In this document: positions 1 through 9,518 of the stretch, one piece after another
How positions within the stretch are numbered: position 1 is the stretch's first letter
Layout: every line of letters begins with the position of its first letter
NCBI GenBank assembly: GCA_001781415.1
Contig: MFLT01000001.1
Coordinates: 51,600 to 115,599 of the forward strand
Length of the DNA stretch: 64,000 nt
From: Candidatus Kaiserbacteria bacterium RIFCSPLOWO2_01_FULL_45_25
Lineage (GTDB): Bacteria; Patescibacteriota; Minisyncoccia; Phycocordibacterales; UBA918
Reading direction: 5' to 3'
Notes under the pieces: model-generated
What the model was told of the DNA's origin: nothing
Database searches by the model: none
What the model saw: only the letters and a program-made list of their open reading frames with translations
Made by a program: the position numbers and the translations under genes

Positions 1-195
1 GAAGGGGAGTATCGCGAGGAGATAGTTAGTAAAGAAGTGTGGCATGAATGGCGACCAGTGTGGATTTCAGTTTCTTAAACCTAGCCATCGCAACTACTTC
101 GTTGTAACCCCACACACCTCGGAGCTGCTTCGTAATGGGCACCCATGACCCCCGTCGTACGTCTAGGTACACCATCTTTAATTTCCATCGTCCAC

Positions 196-272
196 AACAT
201 CTACTTATCATCGATGATAAGTAGATGTTTAAATTAACGCATTCACTTAACTTATCATCGATGATAAGTAGA
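196..272. repeat. Two copies of a perfect palindrome (34 bp at 196-229; 20-bp core repeated at 250-269)
   Basis: AACATCTACTTATCATCGATGATAAGTAGATGTT is its own reverse complement; ACTTATCATCGATGATAAGTAGA recurs 47 bp downstream. Confidence 0.9.
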
Positions 273-398
273 ACGTGGTTGATATTATCTTCGTATTCTT
301 TTGACTTGTCTTTTTCCTCTAACCAACCCACAAAACGGGAGGGTCATACTATCGCTATAGTCATACATGATTTTTAATGTGGTACCATTAGTCTATCT

Positions 399-1085
399 AT
401 GCAGAAAATAGCCTTTTTTGATATTGACGGTACGGTATTTCGCTCTAGCTTACTCATTGAATTAGTTGGGGCTCTTATTGATAGGGGACATTTTCCCCCT
501 GATGCCAAAGAAGAATTTAGGGCAGAGCACGAAGCGTGGCTTAATCGTGAGGGAACCTACGAAGATTATATTGATGCGGTTGTGCAGACTTTTCGGAGTC
601 ATTTACAGGGCGTGCACTATGGCGACATGGCTGATGTTGGGCGACAAGTGGTGGCTGTACAAAGACGTCGAGTATATCGCTACACCCGTGATTTGATTGC
701 TGATCTTCAGAAAGATAATTACCACATCATCGCCATCTCACAGTCGCCAAAGACAGTACTTGATGATTTTTGTATGCAGTATGGTTTTCATAAAGTCTAT
801 GGTCGTCTCTATGAGATTGGCCCTCAAGATAGATTTACTGGCGTGGTAACCGATGAACATTGGATCAAGAATAAAGCCAACATCGTGAAGCGGGTCCTAG
901 ATCATAATCCCGAATTCACACTTAAGGATTCCGTGGCGGTTGGCGATACCGAAGGGGATATTTCACTTCTTGAGAGTGTTGAACATCCAATTTGTTTTAA
1001 TCCCAACCAAGCGCTATACACACACGCCAAACGCATGAAGTGGGAAGTGGTGGTGGAGCGAAAAGATGTTATCTATCATTTATAA
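399..1085 (+). CDS. HAD-superfamily hydrolase, subfamily IB (SerB/PSP-like)
   Basis: Motif I FFDIDGT, motif IV GDTEGD, C-terminal NP..L...A...W typical of HAD-IB. Confidence 0.88.
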   Translation: MQKIAFFDIDGTVFRSSLLIELVGALIDRGHFPPDAKEEFRAEHEAWLNREGTYEDYIDAVVQTFRSHLQGVHYGDMADVGRQVVAVQRRRVYRYTRDLIADLQKDNYHIIAISQSPKTVLDDFCMQYGFHKVYGRLYEIGPQDRFTGVVTDEHWIKNKANIVKRVLDHNPEFTLKDSVAVGDTEGDISLLESVEHPICFNPNQALYTHAKRMKWEVVVERKDVIYHL

Positions 1086-1094
1086 AATATATTA

Positions 1095-1120
1095 AAAAGG
1101 CTCCCAAATGGGAGCCTTTT
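1095..1120. terminator. Bidirectional intrinsic terminator between convergent genes
   Basis: AAAAGGCTCCCA-AA-TGGGAGCCTTTT hairpin with A/T tracts on both sides. Confidence 0.75.
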
Positions 1121-1201
1121 GATTGGGTTCAAACAGGACAGATAAACCCCTCCTTGGGGCGGTTTTGGAGCTGTGGGAGGGGTATAAATAACAAGTCCTG
1201 G

Positions 1202-2401
1202 TTATCTGCTGTCGGTGAGTCGTAGGGTACTAAATGCACCTAAGACCATAAGCAGAGCCAATACTATAAAAGCGAGGTTAAAGGGAACAAAGAAGAGAGA
1301 GATACTGGCCACCAATGTGCCGACCAAGATACCTAACGGTCGCGTTAGTCTAAACAGACTAATGAGATTTGAGTCACGCCCTTTCACCTGCTTAAAGAAA
1401 TAACTCTCGGTAGTAACTTCAACTAGGCTGGCTCCAAATCGACTAAAGAACATTACGGACATCCAGGTGGCTATGCTAGAAGATGACATGGCATAAATGC
1501 TAGCTGAAGCAATAGCGAGGACAACAAAACCAAGGGCCATCATTTCTTTTTCACCAATTAATTTGTCGGCTAGAACACCGGTTGGATATTCAAAAATCAC
1601 AAACGCTAGCAATCCAACCGCAATAATTTTACTGATGGTTTCCCAATCAAATCCAACTACAGTAGCTAAGAATAATGGTATGTAGATAATCGCCCAAGTG
1701 TAAAATATTTGTAGTAAAAATTGAGTGAACATAACGGTCGAGACGTCTCTATTTACAAAAGCCGCTTTAACGAGGTCGCGGACGCGAATGGTGACATATT
1801 CGGGGTCGTAGAAGTTTCTAAACTTAGCTATTAAGACACCAATAAATAAAAATCCAATGGCGGCTGAGACGAAATAGACACCAGCTAGGTTGTCTGTATC
1901 ACCAATGATATAGCCCATGGCGATGGGTGAACAAAATGCCGCTAAACTCATTAAAGTTAGGATGAGACCACGCTTACTGCCAGTAGAGCCTTCAGCATCG
2001 CCAATTAGAGTCTCGAGAAAAATATCAACGTTAAAATAAATTTGCGGAAAGAGGGCGGTGTAAATAATAAACGCGATAATGGTGATGGTTGGACTAGGAG
2101 CTGAGCCCACAATAGTGAGCATGAACATGATGGTTAACATCATTGATATAGTGGCGGCGACGTTACCAATAGTACGCAAGATTCTCGGGAGCAATAGTGT
2201 GATTATGATTGCCAAAAAAGCCGAGACCGCAAACACCAAACCAACAAACTCTGGTCTGATGAATTGCTCCAGGTAGGTAGAGCCGACGTAAGCCGTTACT
2301 AGCGACTGGAAGGTAAAGATAATTGATATTATGTATACCAGCGTAAATGATATCGCTTTACCTGGTCCATCATTCGTAAAAAGGTGACGATAAAAATCCA
2401 T
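1202..2401 (-). CDS. MFS transporter
   Basis: About 12 hydrophobic segments in 399 aa; motif A-like GVLADKLIGEKE in the second half. Confidence 0.85.
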   Translation of the reverse strand: MDFYRHLFTNDGPGKAISFTLVYIISIIFTFQSLVTAYVGSTYLEQFIRPEFVGLVFAVSAFLAIIITLLLPRILRTIGNVAATISMMLTIMFMLTIVGSAPSPTITIIAFIIYTALFPQIYFNVDIFLETLIGDAEGSTGSKRGLILTLMSLAAFCSPIAMGYIIGDTDNLAGVYFVSAAIGFLFIGVLIAKFRNFYDPEYVTIRVRDLVKAAFVNRDVSTVMFTQFLLQIFYTWAIIYIPLFLATVVGFDWETISKIIAVGLLAFVIFEYPTGVLADKLIGEKEMMALGFVVLAIASASIYAMSSSSIATWMSVMFFSRFGASLVEVTTESYFFKQVKGRDSNLISLFRLTRPLGILVGTLVASISLFFVPFNLAFIVLALLMVLGAFSTLRLTDSR

Positions 2402-2457
2402 AGTACTAGTGTACTATGGATTTTTATCATATCTCGGTTGTGCTTGTGGGTTGTGCC

Positions 2458-4440
2458 TTATACTCCGATTAGAACGGGAATTACCATCGGTGTCTTTTGG
2501 GTCTTTTGCATCAAGAAACCACTAACAACATCGGTAAGTTGGTCTTTGACCAAATCAAGATCAATTGGGTTCATGTTTTCAGTTTCTTTCTCGACGGTAC
2601 GCTTGATGAGTACTCGGGCTTCAGAAAGTAGTTGCTGGTTTTCACGTAGGTACACAAAGCCACGAGAGATGATGTCTGGTGATTTGCGAAGCTTACCAGT
2701 CTTGCTGTTTACAGTCGCAATAATCACAAACATACCATCTTGGGCCAAGGTGAGACGGTCACGAAGTACCACTTCTTGTTTGATACCAACAGTGAAGCCG
2801 TCCACCATCATGAGTTCAGTTGGAATCTTCACTGAGTGACGGATAAGTTCAGTTCCGTTCTTGATATCAATGATTGTTCCGTTATCTGGAACGACAATGT
2901 GATCCTTTGGGAAACCGTTTTCTACAGCGGCGTACATGTGACTCTTGAGGTGGTAGTGGTGTCCATGAACTGGTACCAAGAACTTTGGTTTAACAGCTTG
3001 GTGTACCCAAACTAGTTCGCCGGCGTTACCGTGACCTGAAGAGTGAACGTGTGAACCTTTGTAGTTAATTACGCGGACGTTCTTGCGGTAGATATTGTCC
3101 TTAAGTTTTTGTACAGCAATTTCGTTTCCAGGAATAATTGAAGAGGAGAGGACGACCGTATCGCGTTCGGTAAGGATAATTTGCTTGTGCTTGTCAGTCG
3201 CCATACGCATCAGGGCAGCAAATTCTTCTCCCTGGGCTCCAGTTGAGAGGATAACAATCTTGTCACTTGGGTAATCACCAATATCTCCTGCATTGATGAA
3301 GGTGTGTGGCTTTACTTCAAGTAGTTTAGCAGCAATGGCAATGTCGATGTTGGTCTTGATACTGCGACCTTCCATTACTACCTTCTTACCAGTGTCTTCA
3401 CAGGTCTTGATGATACTAATGAGGCGGTCGAATTGTGACGCAAAGGTACCAATGATGAGACGTCCAGTGGCAGCGCGGATGATGTTATCTAGTGTTTCGT
3501 ACACTAGATTTTCTGAAGCAGAAAAGCCTTCACGGTCGGCGTTAGTTGAGTCACACAAGAGTACAAGGTTGTTGTTTAGACCAACCTTTTCCCAAGAAGC
3601 ACGCTCTTCAACAACGACTTTACCACCTTCGTGAACGAGCTTGATGTCTCCGGTAATAACCACGTCACCCCACTTAGTTTCAATAGCTACTCCCATCGCG
3701 TCTGGAATAGAGTGAGTAACCGGGAAGGTCTTTACTTTCATGCCACCAACAGTAAAGCTTTCGCCTTCTTTAACGACCTGCATAGTCACAGGGTCCATGT
3801 GTGGGAACTCTTCCTGACGCTTCAAAATCATCAGTGAGGTGAGGTATTGAGTGTAGATTGGTGGATTACCAATACGTTCCATAATAAATGGAATACCACC
3901 AATGTGGTCGAGGTGACCATGAGTCACAATGAGGGCTCGCAACTTGTGTTTACGCTCCTCGATGTACTGGGTGTTTGGAAGAATGTAGTTGATGCCTGGA
4001 GCATTACTTTCTTCAGACACGAATTGGAAACCGGCGTCAATAACAACCATATCGTCTTTGGTTTCGACGATAATCATGTTGCGACCAATTTCTTCTACTC
4101 CAGAAACTGGAATAACACGTACGGTGTTGTCATCAATTACTTCTGGTAGTACAGGGTTCTTTTCGTTAGTAAGGGTCATGCGGTGAGTCAGGGCTGGAGC
4201 AGTATTGCTGCGACGGCGGTGTTGTTGTCCGCCACGGCGCTTGCCACGTCCACCTTCGGCTTTGTTGCGTCCGCCACCGTTTCCGCCGGTGTTCGGTCGG
4301 CCACCTTGTGGGCGAGTCTGAGGGCCGTAGCCACCACTGCGTGGGGTACGTGGTCGTCCACCATACTCACGACGAGCAGGTGGTCGGCTACCAGTTGATG
4401 GCGTGGCTGAATTTTGGATTGGTTGTGAATTTGGGTTCAT
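2458..4440 (-). CDS. rnj: Ribonuclease J with long disordered N-terminal extension
   Basis: GVEEIGRNM, THGHLDHIGG metallo-beta-lactamase motif, HSIPD, TGAQGE, HSSGH, PVHG, C-terminal SRGFVY...P.VIP. Confidence 0.95.
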   Translation of the reverse strand: MNPNSQPIQNSATPSTGSRPPARREYGGRPRTPRSGGYGPQTRPQGGRPNTGGNGGGRNKAEGGRGKRRGGQQHRRRSNTAPALTHRMTLTNEKNPVLPEVIDDNTVRVIPVSGVEEIGRNMIIVETKDDMVVIDAGFQFVSEESNAPGINYILPNTQYIEERKHKLRALIVTHGHLDHIGGIPFIMERIGNPPIYTQYLTSLMILKRQEEFPHMDPVTMQVVKEGESFTVGGMKVKTFPVTHSIPDAMGVAIETKWGDVVITGDIKLVHEGGKVVVEERASWEKVGLNNNLVLLCDSTNADREGFSASENLVYETLDNIIRAATGRLIIGTFASQFDRLISIIKTCEDTGKKVVMEGRSIKTNIDIAIAAKLLEVKPHTFINAGDIGDYPSDKIVILSTGAQGEEFAALMRMATDKHKQIILTERDTVVLSSSIIPGNEIAVQKLKDNIYRKNVRVINYKGSHVHSSGHGNAGELVWVHQAVKPKFLVPVHGHHYHLKSHMYAAVENGFPKDHIVVPDNGTIIDIKNGTELIRHSVKIPTELMMVDGFTVGIKQEVVLRDRLTLAQDGMFVIIATVNSKTGKLRKSPDIISRGFVYLRENQQLLSEARVLIKRTVEKETENMNPIDLDLVKDQLTDVVSGFLMQKTQKTPMVIPVLIGV

Positions 4441-4444
4441 ATGT

Positions 4445-6184
4445 TTAATTTATTTCGTTAATTGTATCGGTTGAATCATTTTGAAAAATTGGCCACACAA
4501 CCTCTGTCTTGGCGTACCAGTTTGATACGTTCATGAATCGGTCTGATGGTTTGCCGAGTGTGCTCATCGGTGTCGTCGTAATCGTCTTGTCTATCACGTA
4601 CGCAATCGTTGGTGCAAAAAGGAATATGGCAGGAGTCTCTTGATTGATGGCGTTACTGACTTCATTCTGCAATTGTGCTCGTTCAGCGGGGTCCTTTGAA
4701 TTTCTGGTCTTCTCTAATAGTCTGTCCACAGCGATGTTGGTGTACTGGGCAATATTGAGTCCCGGGTCATCTTTTTGGGATGAGTGCCAAAATGGATAGA
4801 GGTCTTCAGTACGGTTGGTGTCTAATCCAAAGAGTACAGCTTGAAAATCACGAGACCGGATAACTGATTGTACGAGACCGGCCTGCTCATATTGTTCAAC
4901 TTGAATTTCAACTCCAAGTTCGCGCCAGATGGCGGCAATACGGGTCGCTGTTTTATCAAATAACTCGCTGTTACTTGTCTTTAAGGTGAAACTGAGTGTT
5001 TCAACAGTATCGTCTATTTCCTTTTCCCAGAAACCAGCGGCATTTTGTTCCCACCCTCCGTCTACGAGGATATTTTTGGCGGTTTCAATAGGAGAGATGA
5101 TGCTTTCTTCTGTCTCAGTACTCTCTGATTCTAACTCACTACTACTTGATAGGGTAGGTTTAGTGATGGGGACACCGTAGCCGTTAAGGATTTCATCTAC
5201 TAGGGCATCTCGGTCGATAGCTACATTTAATGCTTCGCGAGCAGCTTTGTCACGGAGTGAAGCAGAGCGGTTTTGATTAAAAAAGACCCCAAAGATACGT
5301 GGTAGTGGTTCTGTTAGGACGCGAGTATCGTCAGTGATAAAGTTTTGAATCTCAGCTGTGGGTAGGTAGACAGTAGCACTCAGCTCCTTGTTGGCAAAAG
5401 CAGTTTTGAGTTGGTCTTCATTTTGGAAAAATCGGAGTTCAATACCAGATAGGTTTGGATTGTTTTGGTTGTTTGGGGCTGGCTTCAGAGAATAGCCACT
5501 GATAAGTCCAGAGGCATCACGTCGTACTTCTTTAATACTAAATGGTCCAGAACCAATTGGTTCAGTGTTGTATTGGCTAAATGGCAATTGCTCAATCGGG
5601 AGATTGCTCCAGATGTGGCGTGGCATGATGCCGAGGGTAAAGTTTTCGATAAACGGAGAGTAAGCTTCAGCTAAGTTAACAGTTAGTTCATATTCGTTAA
5701 CTTCTGTAATAGTGACATCACTCCAGTTGCCTCGCAGTGGACTCTTGAGGTCTCCGTCTTGCACTAGGCTGTAAGTGTAGACCACATCACGGGCAGTCAG
5801 GGGTGTGCCGTCGTGGAAAGTACGATCTTTGCGAACAACAATGGTGTAGGTTTTACCGTCTTCAGATAGGGTAATACTTTCAGCGATATCTGGCACCAAT
5901 GTACCCTCTACGTCGATTTTCATGAGGCCACTATAGACCAGAGCAACGGTGTCTTGGTCGGCGCGTGTGATAGCGAGCGCTGGGTTAATGAAACGGGGAA
6001 TTCCAACAATACCTTCGGTCAATATACCACCACGGGCTGGGGTTGGGTTAGAGTTTTCTTGATTCATTGAATACAGGAAGAAGATGCCCGAAAAAATAGT
6101 CAGGAAAAACAAACTACGAAGGAGAAGACGGTCGCTTGGTTTGCGACGTTCAATTAATCCAAATAATCCATCAAGAGTAAGCAT
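4445..6184 (-). CDS. ABC transporter substrate-binding protein, family 5 (peptide/nickel), N-terminally membrane-anchored
   Basis: LVYSGL...VPDIAES..S.DG..YT...R....FHDG.PLTA.DV.YT, PIGSGPF, DLYPFWHSSQ. Confidence 0.88.
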   Translation of the reverse strand: MLTLDGLFGLIERRKPSDRLLLRSLFFLTIFSGIFFLYSMNQENSNPTPARGGILTEGIVGIPRFINPALAITRADQDTVALVYSGLMKIDVEGTLVPDIAESITLSEDGKTYTIVVRKDRTFHDGTPLTARDVVYTYSLVQDGDLKSPLRGNWSDVTITEVNEYELTVNLAEAYSPFIENFTLGIMPRHIWSNLPIEQLPFSQYNTEPIGSGPFSIKEVRRDASGLISGYSLKPAPNNQNNPNLSGIELRFFQNEDQLKTAFANKELSATVYLPTAEIQNFITDDTRVLTEPLPRIFGVFFNQNRSASLRDKAAREALNVAIDRDALVDEILNGYGVPITKPTLSSSSELESESTETEESIISPIETAKNILVDGGWEQNAAGFWEKEIDDTVETLSFTLKTSNSELFDKTATRIAAIWRELGVEIQVEQYEQAGLVQSVIRSRDFQAVLFGLDTNRTEDLYPFWHSSQKDDPGLNIAQYTNIAVDRLLEKTRNSKDPAERAQLQNEVSNAINQETPAIFLFAPTIAYVIDKTITTTPMSTLGKPSDRFMNVSNWYAKTEVVWPIFQNDSTDTINEIN

Positions 6185-6269
6185 AAAATGCGTGCAAAAT
6201 AACTAGGCAGAGATTAGCTCTGCTTAATTAATTTGAAAAATCGATTCAGTTAATAAGACTCAGGAAGAC

Positions 6270-6509
6270 TTATACAAGTATGTTCAAGAAAGTAGCAAAG
6301 ACAAAGAGAACAGCCATTCCTGCTGCAAATTTGAAGAGGAATAGTTCTGCTCCGCGACGCTTGTGAAAAGCGGAACTAAAATTGTCGCCACCGAAAGCTC
6401 CTCCTAGACTTGAGCCGCGTTGCTGAAGCAAAATAGCAGCCACAAGTAGAATAGAGAGAGTTATCTGAACGTAAGGCAGTGCCGGTTGCACTGTTTGTAT
6501 GATTTCCAT
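6270..6509 (-). CDS. secG: Preprotein translocase subunit SecG
   Basis: ILLQQRGSSLGGAFGG...RRGAE..L between two TM helices; 79 aa. Confidence 0.93.
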   Translation of the reverse strand: MEIIQTVQPALPYVQITLSILLVAAILLQQRGSSLGGAFGGDNFSSAFHKRRGAELFLFKFAAGMAVLFVFATFLNILV

Positions 6510-6602
6510 GTGAGGCGATGATACCAGAAACCCTGCTTTGTGGCAAGATGAGGCGGTTGGGTTAAAGAAGTATCACCTTAGGTGGTGGTTTTCCGAGTAC
6601 GA

Positions 6603-6697
6603 GGCAGGCTGCTGCAGCCGACCGCTCCCTTTGGGGTCGCGGCTCGGCTAAGCATCTGCCAAAGCAAAGCATAGTCGACACTTCGTGTCTCTTTGCT
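6603..6697. repeat. Dispersed structured intergenic repeat, family A, copy 1
   Basis: Aligns with 46512-46607 (GCAGGC.GCT.CAGC.GACCGCTCCCTT.GGGGTCGCGGCTC.GCTAAGC.TCTGC...ATAGTCGAC). Confidence 0.85.
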
Positions 6698-6722
6698 TAT
6701 GCTTTATACTACATATATACTC

Positions 6723-7124
6723 ATGAAATCATCGCTATCCACTTTTGTTACCAAACTTCAGAATAATCCCTGGTATGCCGCTACGATGGTGGTCCTCGCT
6801 TTTGTCGGGGCTGGACTCTTGGGGTATGAGTTCACCGCGTACGCTAGGCCGGAAATTGTCGTGATTACCGTTCGTCTCGACATATTTATCGCTTGTATCT
6901 TCATGACTGATTTCTTCCTTGGGTTATTTTTTAATACTAAGTACACCAAAGCTGACTACTGGAAGAAAAACTGGCTCGACTTCATTTCTTCTATTCCAGT
7001 GACGGCCGACATGGCTCGAGCTCTGCGTATCTTGCGTGCCTTACGTGCGCTGCGCGTTATCTCATCCACGCTTGATGTGTACTTCACACGACGCAGGTAT
7101 TTGAGTATTAAAAGTAAAAAATAA
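6723..7124 (+). CDS. Stand-alone voltage-sensor-like (Ion_trans S1-S4) membrane protein
   Basis: S2 D..IACIF..D, S2-S3 NWLDFISSIP, S4 ARALRILRALRALRV; no pore helices before the stop. ATG 6723 chosen over TTG 6693. Confidence 0.75.
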   Translation: MKSSLSTFVTKLQNNPWYAATMVVLAFVGAGLLGYEFTAYARPEIVVITVRLDIFIACIFMTDFFLGLFFNTKYTKADYWKKNWLDFISSIPVTADMARALRILRALRALRVISSTLDVYFTRRRYLSIKSKK

Positions 7125-7152
7125 GTTCATCGGCCACCGCTGGTGGCCTTTT

Positions 7153-7182
7153 TTGACACCCCTGTTGGCTGCACAGTATAAT
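7153..7182 (+). promoter_or_regulatory. Sigma70-type promoter of groESL
   Basis: TTGACA (7153-7158), 18-bp spacer, TATAAT (7177-7182). Confidence 0.8.
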
Positions 7183-7275
7183 ACGGTCATCACGTGGGAA
7201 AGATAACGGCTGAAACGGATTTTTTGCGTGGTCAAATCTAGATTAATGTTAATAACGTAAAGTATTTATAAAAAT

Positions 7276-7611
7276 ATGTCAGAAAATAGTAAGACAAACG
7301 AAAGTCCAATCAAGCCTCTAGGAGACAAGGTCATTGTCCGACCGCTCGCTGAAGAGGAGTTTGGTGCAGTATCTCCTTCAGGCATAATTATTCCGGATAC
7401 CGCCAAGAAAGATAAACCAGAACAAGGTATTGTAATTGCGGTTGGTCCAGGTAAATGGGACGAGGACGGTGAAAAGCGTCTTCCACTTGATGTAAAAGTC
7501 GGTGATCGAATTATCTTTTCTAAATACGGATACGACGAAGTAAAGATTGATAAGAACGACTACTTCATTGTCGGAGAGAACAGTATTCTTGGAGTGTTCC
7601 TTACAAACTAA
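7276..7611 (+). CDS. groES: Co-chaperonin GroES
   Basis: IKPLGDKVIV, SGIIIPDTAK.KP..G.V.AVGPG, VKVGD.I.FSKY. Confidence 0.97.
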   Translation: MSENSKTNESPIKPLGDKVIVRPLAEEEFGAVSPSGIIIPDTAKKDKPEQGIVIAVGPGKWDEDGEKRLPLDVKVGDRIIFSKYGYDEVKIDKNDYFIVGENSILGVFLTN

Positions 7612-7621
7612 ATTTTCAGCT

Positions 7622-9268
7622 ATGGCTAAACAAGTAATTTTCGGAGAAGAAGTAAAGAAGAAGCTACAGAAAGGAGTAGATACGGTAGCAAACGCAGTGA
7701 AAGTCACTCTCGGCCCTCGCGGACGAAACGTCATCTTGGATAAAGGTTACGGTGGTCCAACTATTACCAATGATGGTGTATCTATTGCACGTGAGATTAC
7801 GCTCAAGGATAAGTTTGAGAACATGGGCGCTGAGCTCACCAAAGAAGTAGCCAACAAGACCAATGAACTCGCGGGAGACGGTACAACCACCGCTACGGTA
7901 CTTATGCAGGCCTTGGTAACCGAAGGACTGAAGCAAACCACTATGGGCTTGAACTCAATGGCGGTGCGGACTGGTATGGAGCACGCTGCCGCTGATGTGG
8001 TAGAAGCGCTCCGTGGTATGGCGACCAAGATCAGTTCAATTGATGAAATCAAGCAAGTAGCGACCATCTCAGCTGAAAGCGCTGAGCTCGGTGAAAAAAT
8101 TGCTGAGACTATCGACCGTGTCGGAAAGGACGGAGTGGTGACGGTAGAAGAGTCACAATCATTTGGAATTGAAACTGAATTTACTGAAGGAATGGAATTT
8201 GATAAGGGTTATGTCTCACCGTACATGGTGACAAACCCAGAGCGAATGGAAGCTGAATACAAGAGTGTCCAGATTCTTCTCACTGATAAGAAAATCACTT
8301 CAATTCAAGATATCCTGCCTCTTCTCGAGAAAATCGCTGCTACCGGCAAGAAGGAGTTGGTGATTGTGGCTGACGATGTCGACGGGGAAGCGTTGGCAAC
8401 CTTTGTGGTTAATAAGCTTAAGGGAGGTTTCTCAGTCTTGGCAGTAAAAGCTCCAGGCTATGGTGACCGTAAGAAGGAACTTCTCGCTGACCTCGCTATC
8501 ACAACTGGAGGACAGGTTATCTCTGAAGATCTCGGACTTAAACTCGAAAACACTGAGCTCGCTCAACTCGGACGAGCTGATCGGGTAGTGTCTACTAAGG
8601 ACAGCACGGTAGTAGTTGGTGGAGCTGGTGATAAGAGTGAAATTGCTGCGCGTGTTACAGCCCTTAAGGCTCAACTAGAAACCACTACTTCAAAGTTTGA
8701 TAAAGAAAAGCTTGAAGAAAGAATCGCTAAGCTTTCAGGCGGAGTAGCCGTTATCCGAGTAGGAGCAGCTACCGAAGCTGAGATGAAGTATCTCAAGCTC
8801 AAGATTGAAGATGCGGTAAATGCTACCAAGGCGGCAATTGACGAAGGAATTGTGCCAGGCGGAGGAACTTCTCTTGCACTAGCCGGAGCAATTGTTGAAA
8901 AGGTGATGTTGACTAAGAAGAACCTCAGTCCTGAGGAACTAGTTGGATACAACATCGTGCTCAAGGCACTTGATGTACCACTTAAGCAAATTGCAGACAA
9001 TACCGGAAAGGTAGATGGTTCAGTAATTGTCTCTAAGGTCAAAGAAGCGGGTGGCAACGCTGGTTATGATGCAGCCAAGGGTGAGATGGTGGCTGACATG
9101 ATTAAGGCTGGTATCATCGACCCAGTAAAGGTAGAACGTGCCGGAGTACAACATGCAGTCTCTGCCGCAGGAATTCTCCTCACTACTGAATGCGCGATTG
9201 CGGACGAACCAGAAGAAGGAAAGCCAGCTATGCCGGATATGGGGGGTATGGGCGGAGGAATGTACTAA
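7622..9268 (+). CDS. groEL: Chaperonin GroEL
   Basis: MAKQV.F start at ATG 7622, TLGPRGRNV, AGDGTTTAT, GGM tail. The ORF-track start 7547 overlaps groES and is not used. Confidence 0.98.
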   Translation: MAKQVIFGEEVKKKLQKGVDTVANAVKVTLGPRGRNVILDKGYGGPTITNDGVSIAREITLKDKFENMGAELTKEVANKTNELAGDGTTTATVLMQALVTEGLKQTTMGLNSMAVRTGMEHAAADVVEALRGMATKISSIDEIKQVATISAESAELGEKIAETIDRVGKDGVVTVEESQSFGIETEFTEGMEFDKGYVSPYMVTNPERMEAEYKSVQILLTDKKITSIQDILPLLEKIAATGKKELVIVADDVDGEALATFVVNKLKGGFSVLAVKAPGYGDRKKELLADLAITTGGQVISEDLGLKLENTELAQLGRADRVVSTKDSTVVVGGAGDKSEIAARVTALKAQLETTTSKFDKEKLEERIAKLSGGVAVIRVGAATEAEMKYLKLKIEDAVNATKAAIDEGIVPGGGTSLALAGAIVEKVMLTKKNLSPEELVGYNIVLKALDVPLKQIADNTGKVDGSVIVSKVKEAGGNAGYDAAKGEMVADMIKAGIIDPVKVERAGVQHAVSAAGILLTTECAIADEPEEGKPAMPDMGGMGGGMY

Positions 9269-9390
9269 AACCCGCTCTAAACCCTAGCTACTTTGTTGCT
9301 TCCTGCACTAAAACATTCATCGTATACAAATACGCCTCATGTTTTCGTTCAGTCGCGCCTCGTATCTAGAGGTTTATAGACAAGTTTTAG
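9265..9390. repeat. Dispersed MITE-like intergenic repeat, family B, copy 1
   Basis: Core TCATGTTTTCGTTC.GTCGCGCCTCGTATCT (9337-9367) matches 40544-40574 at 30/31 positions; imperfect terminal inverted repeats CTAAAAC...GTTTTAG. Confidence 0.75.
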
Positions 9391-9412
9391 TTAGAGTGAA
9401 AGAGCAATATAA

Positions 9413-9454
9413 AGATAGCAAAAAGCCTGGTCTAGACCAGGCTTTTTGCTATCT
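9413..9454. terminator. groEL terminator (42-bp perfect palindrome)
   Basis: AGATAGCAAAAAGCCTGGTCT|AGACCAGGCTTTTTGCTATCT. Confidence 0.75.
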
Positions 9455-9518
9455 AAAGTAACTTTTGTGATATAATTTAAGCGCTTAAAAGCAAACGGTA
9501 ATAACGTAACTAAAATTT

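Noticed and set aside
26-331. 101-aa minus-strand ORF
   Set aside because: No recognisable motif and it runs through the two palindromes; probably spurious. A gene may instead start at 45 on the minus strand (MPHFFTNYLL...) and leave the window, but too little is visible to call.
7183-7275. CIRCE/HrcA operator upstream of groES
   Set aside because: No TTAGCACTC-N9-GAGTGCTAA seen; only a weak possible hairpin.
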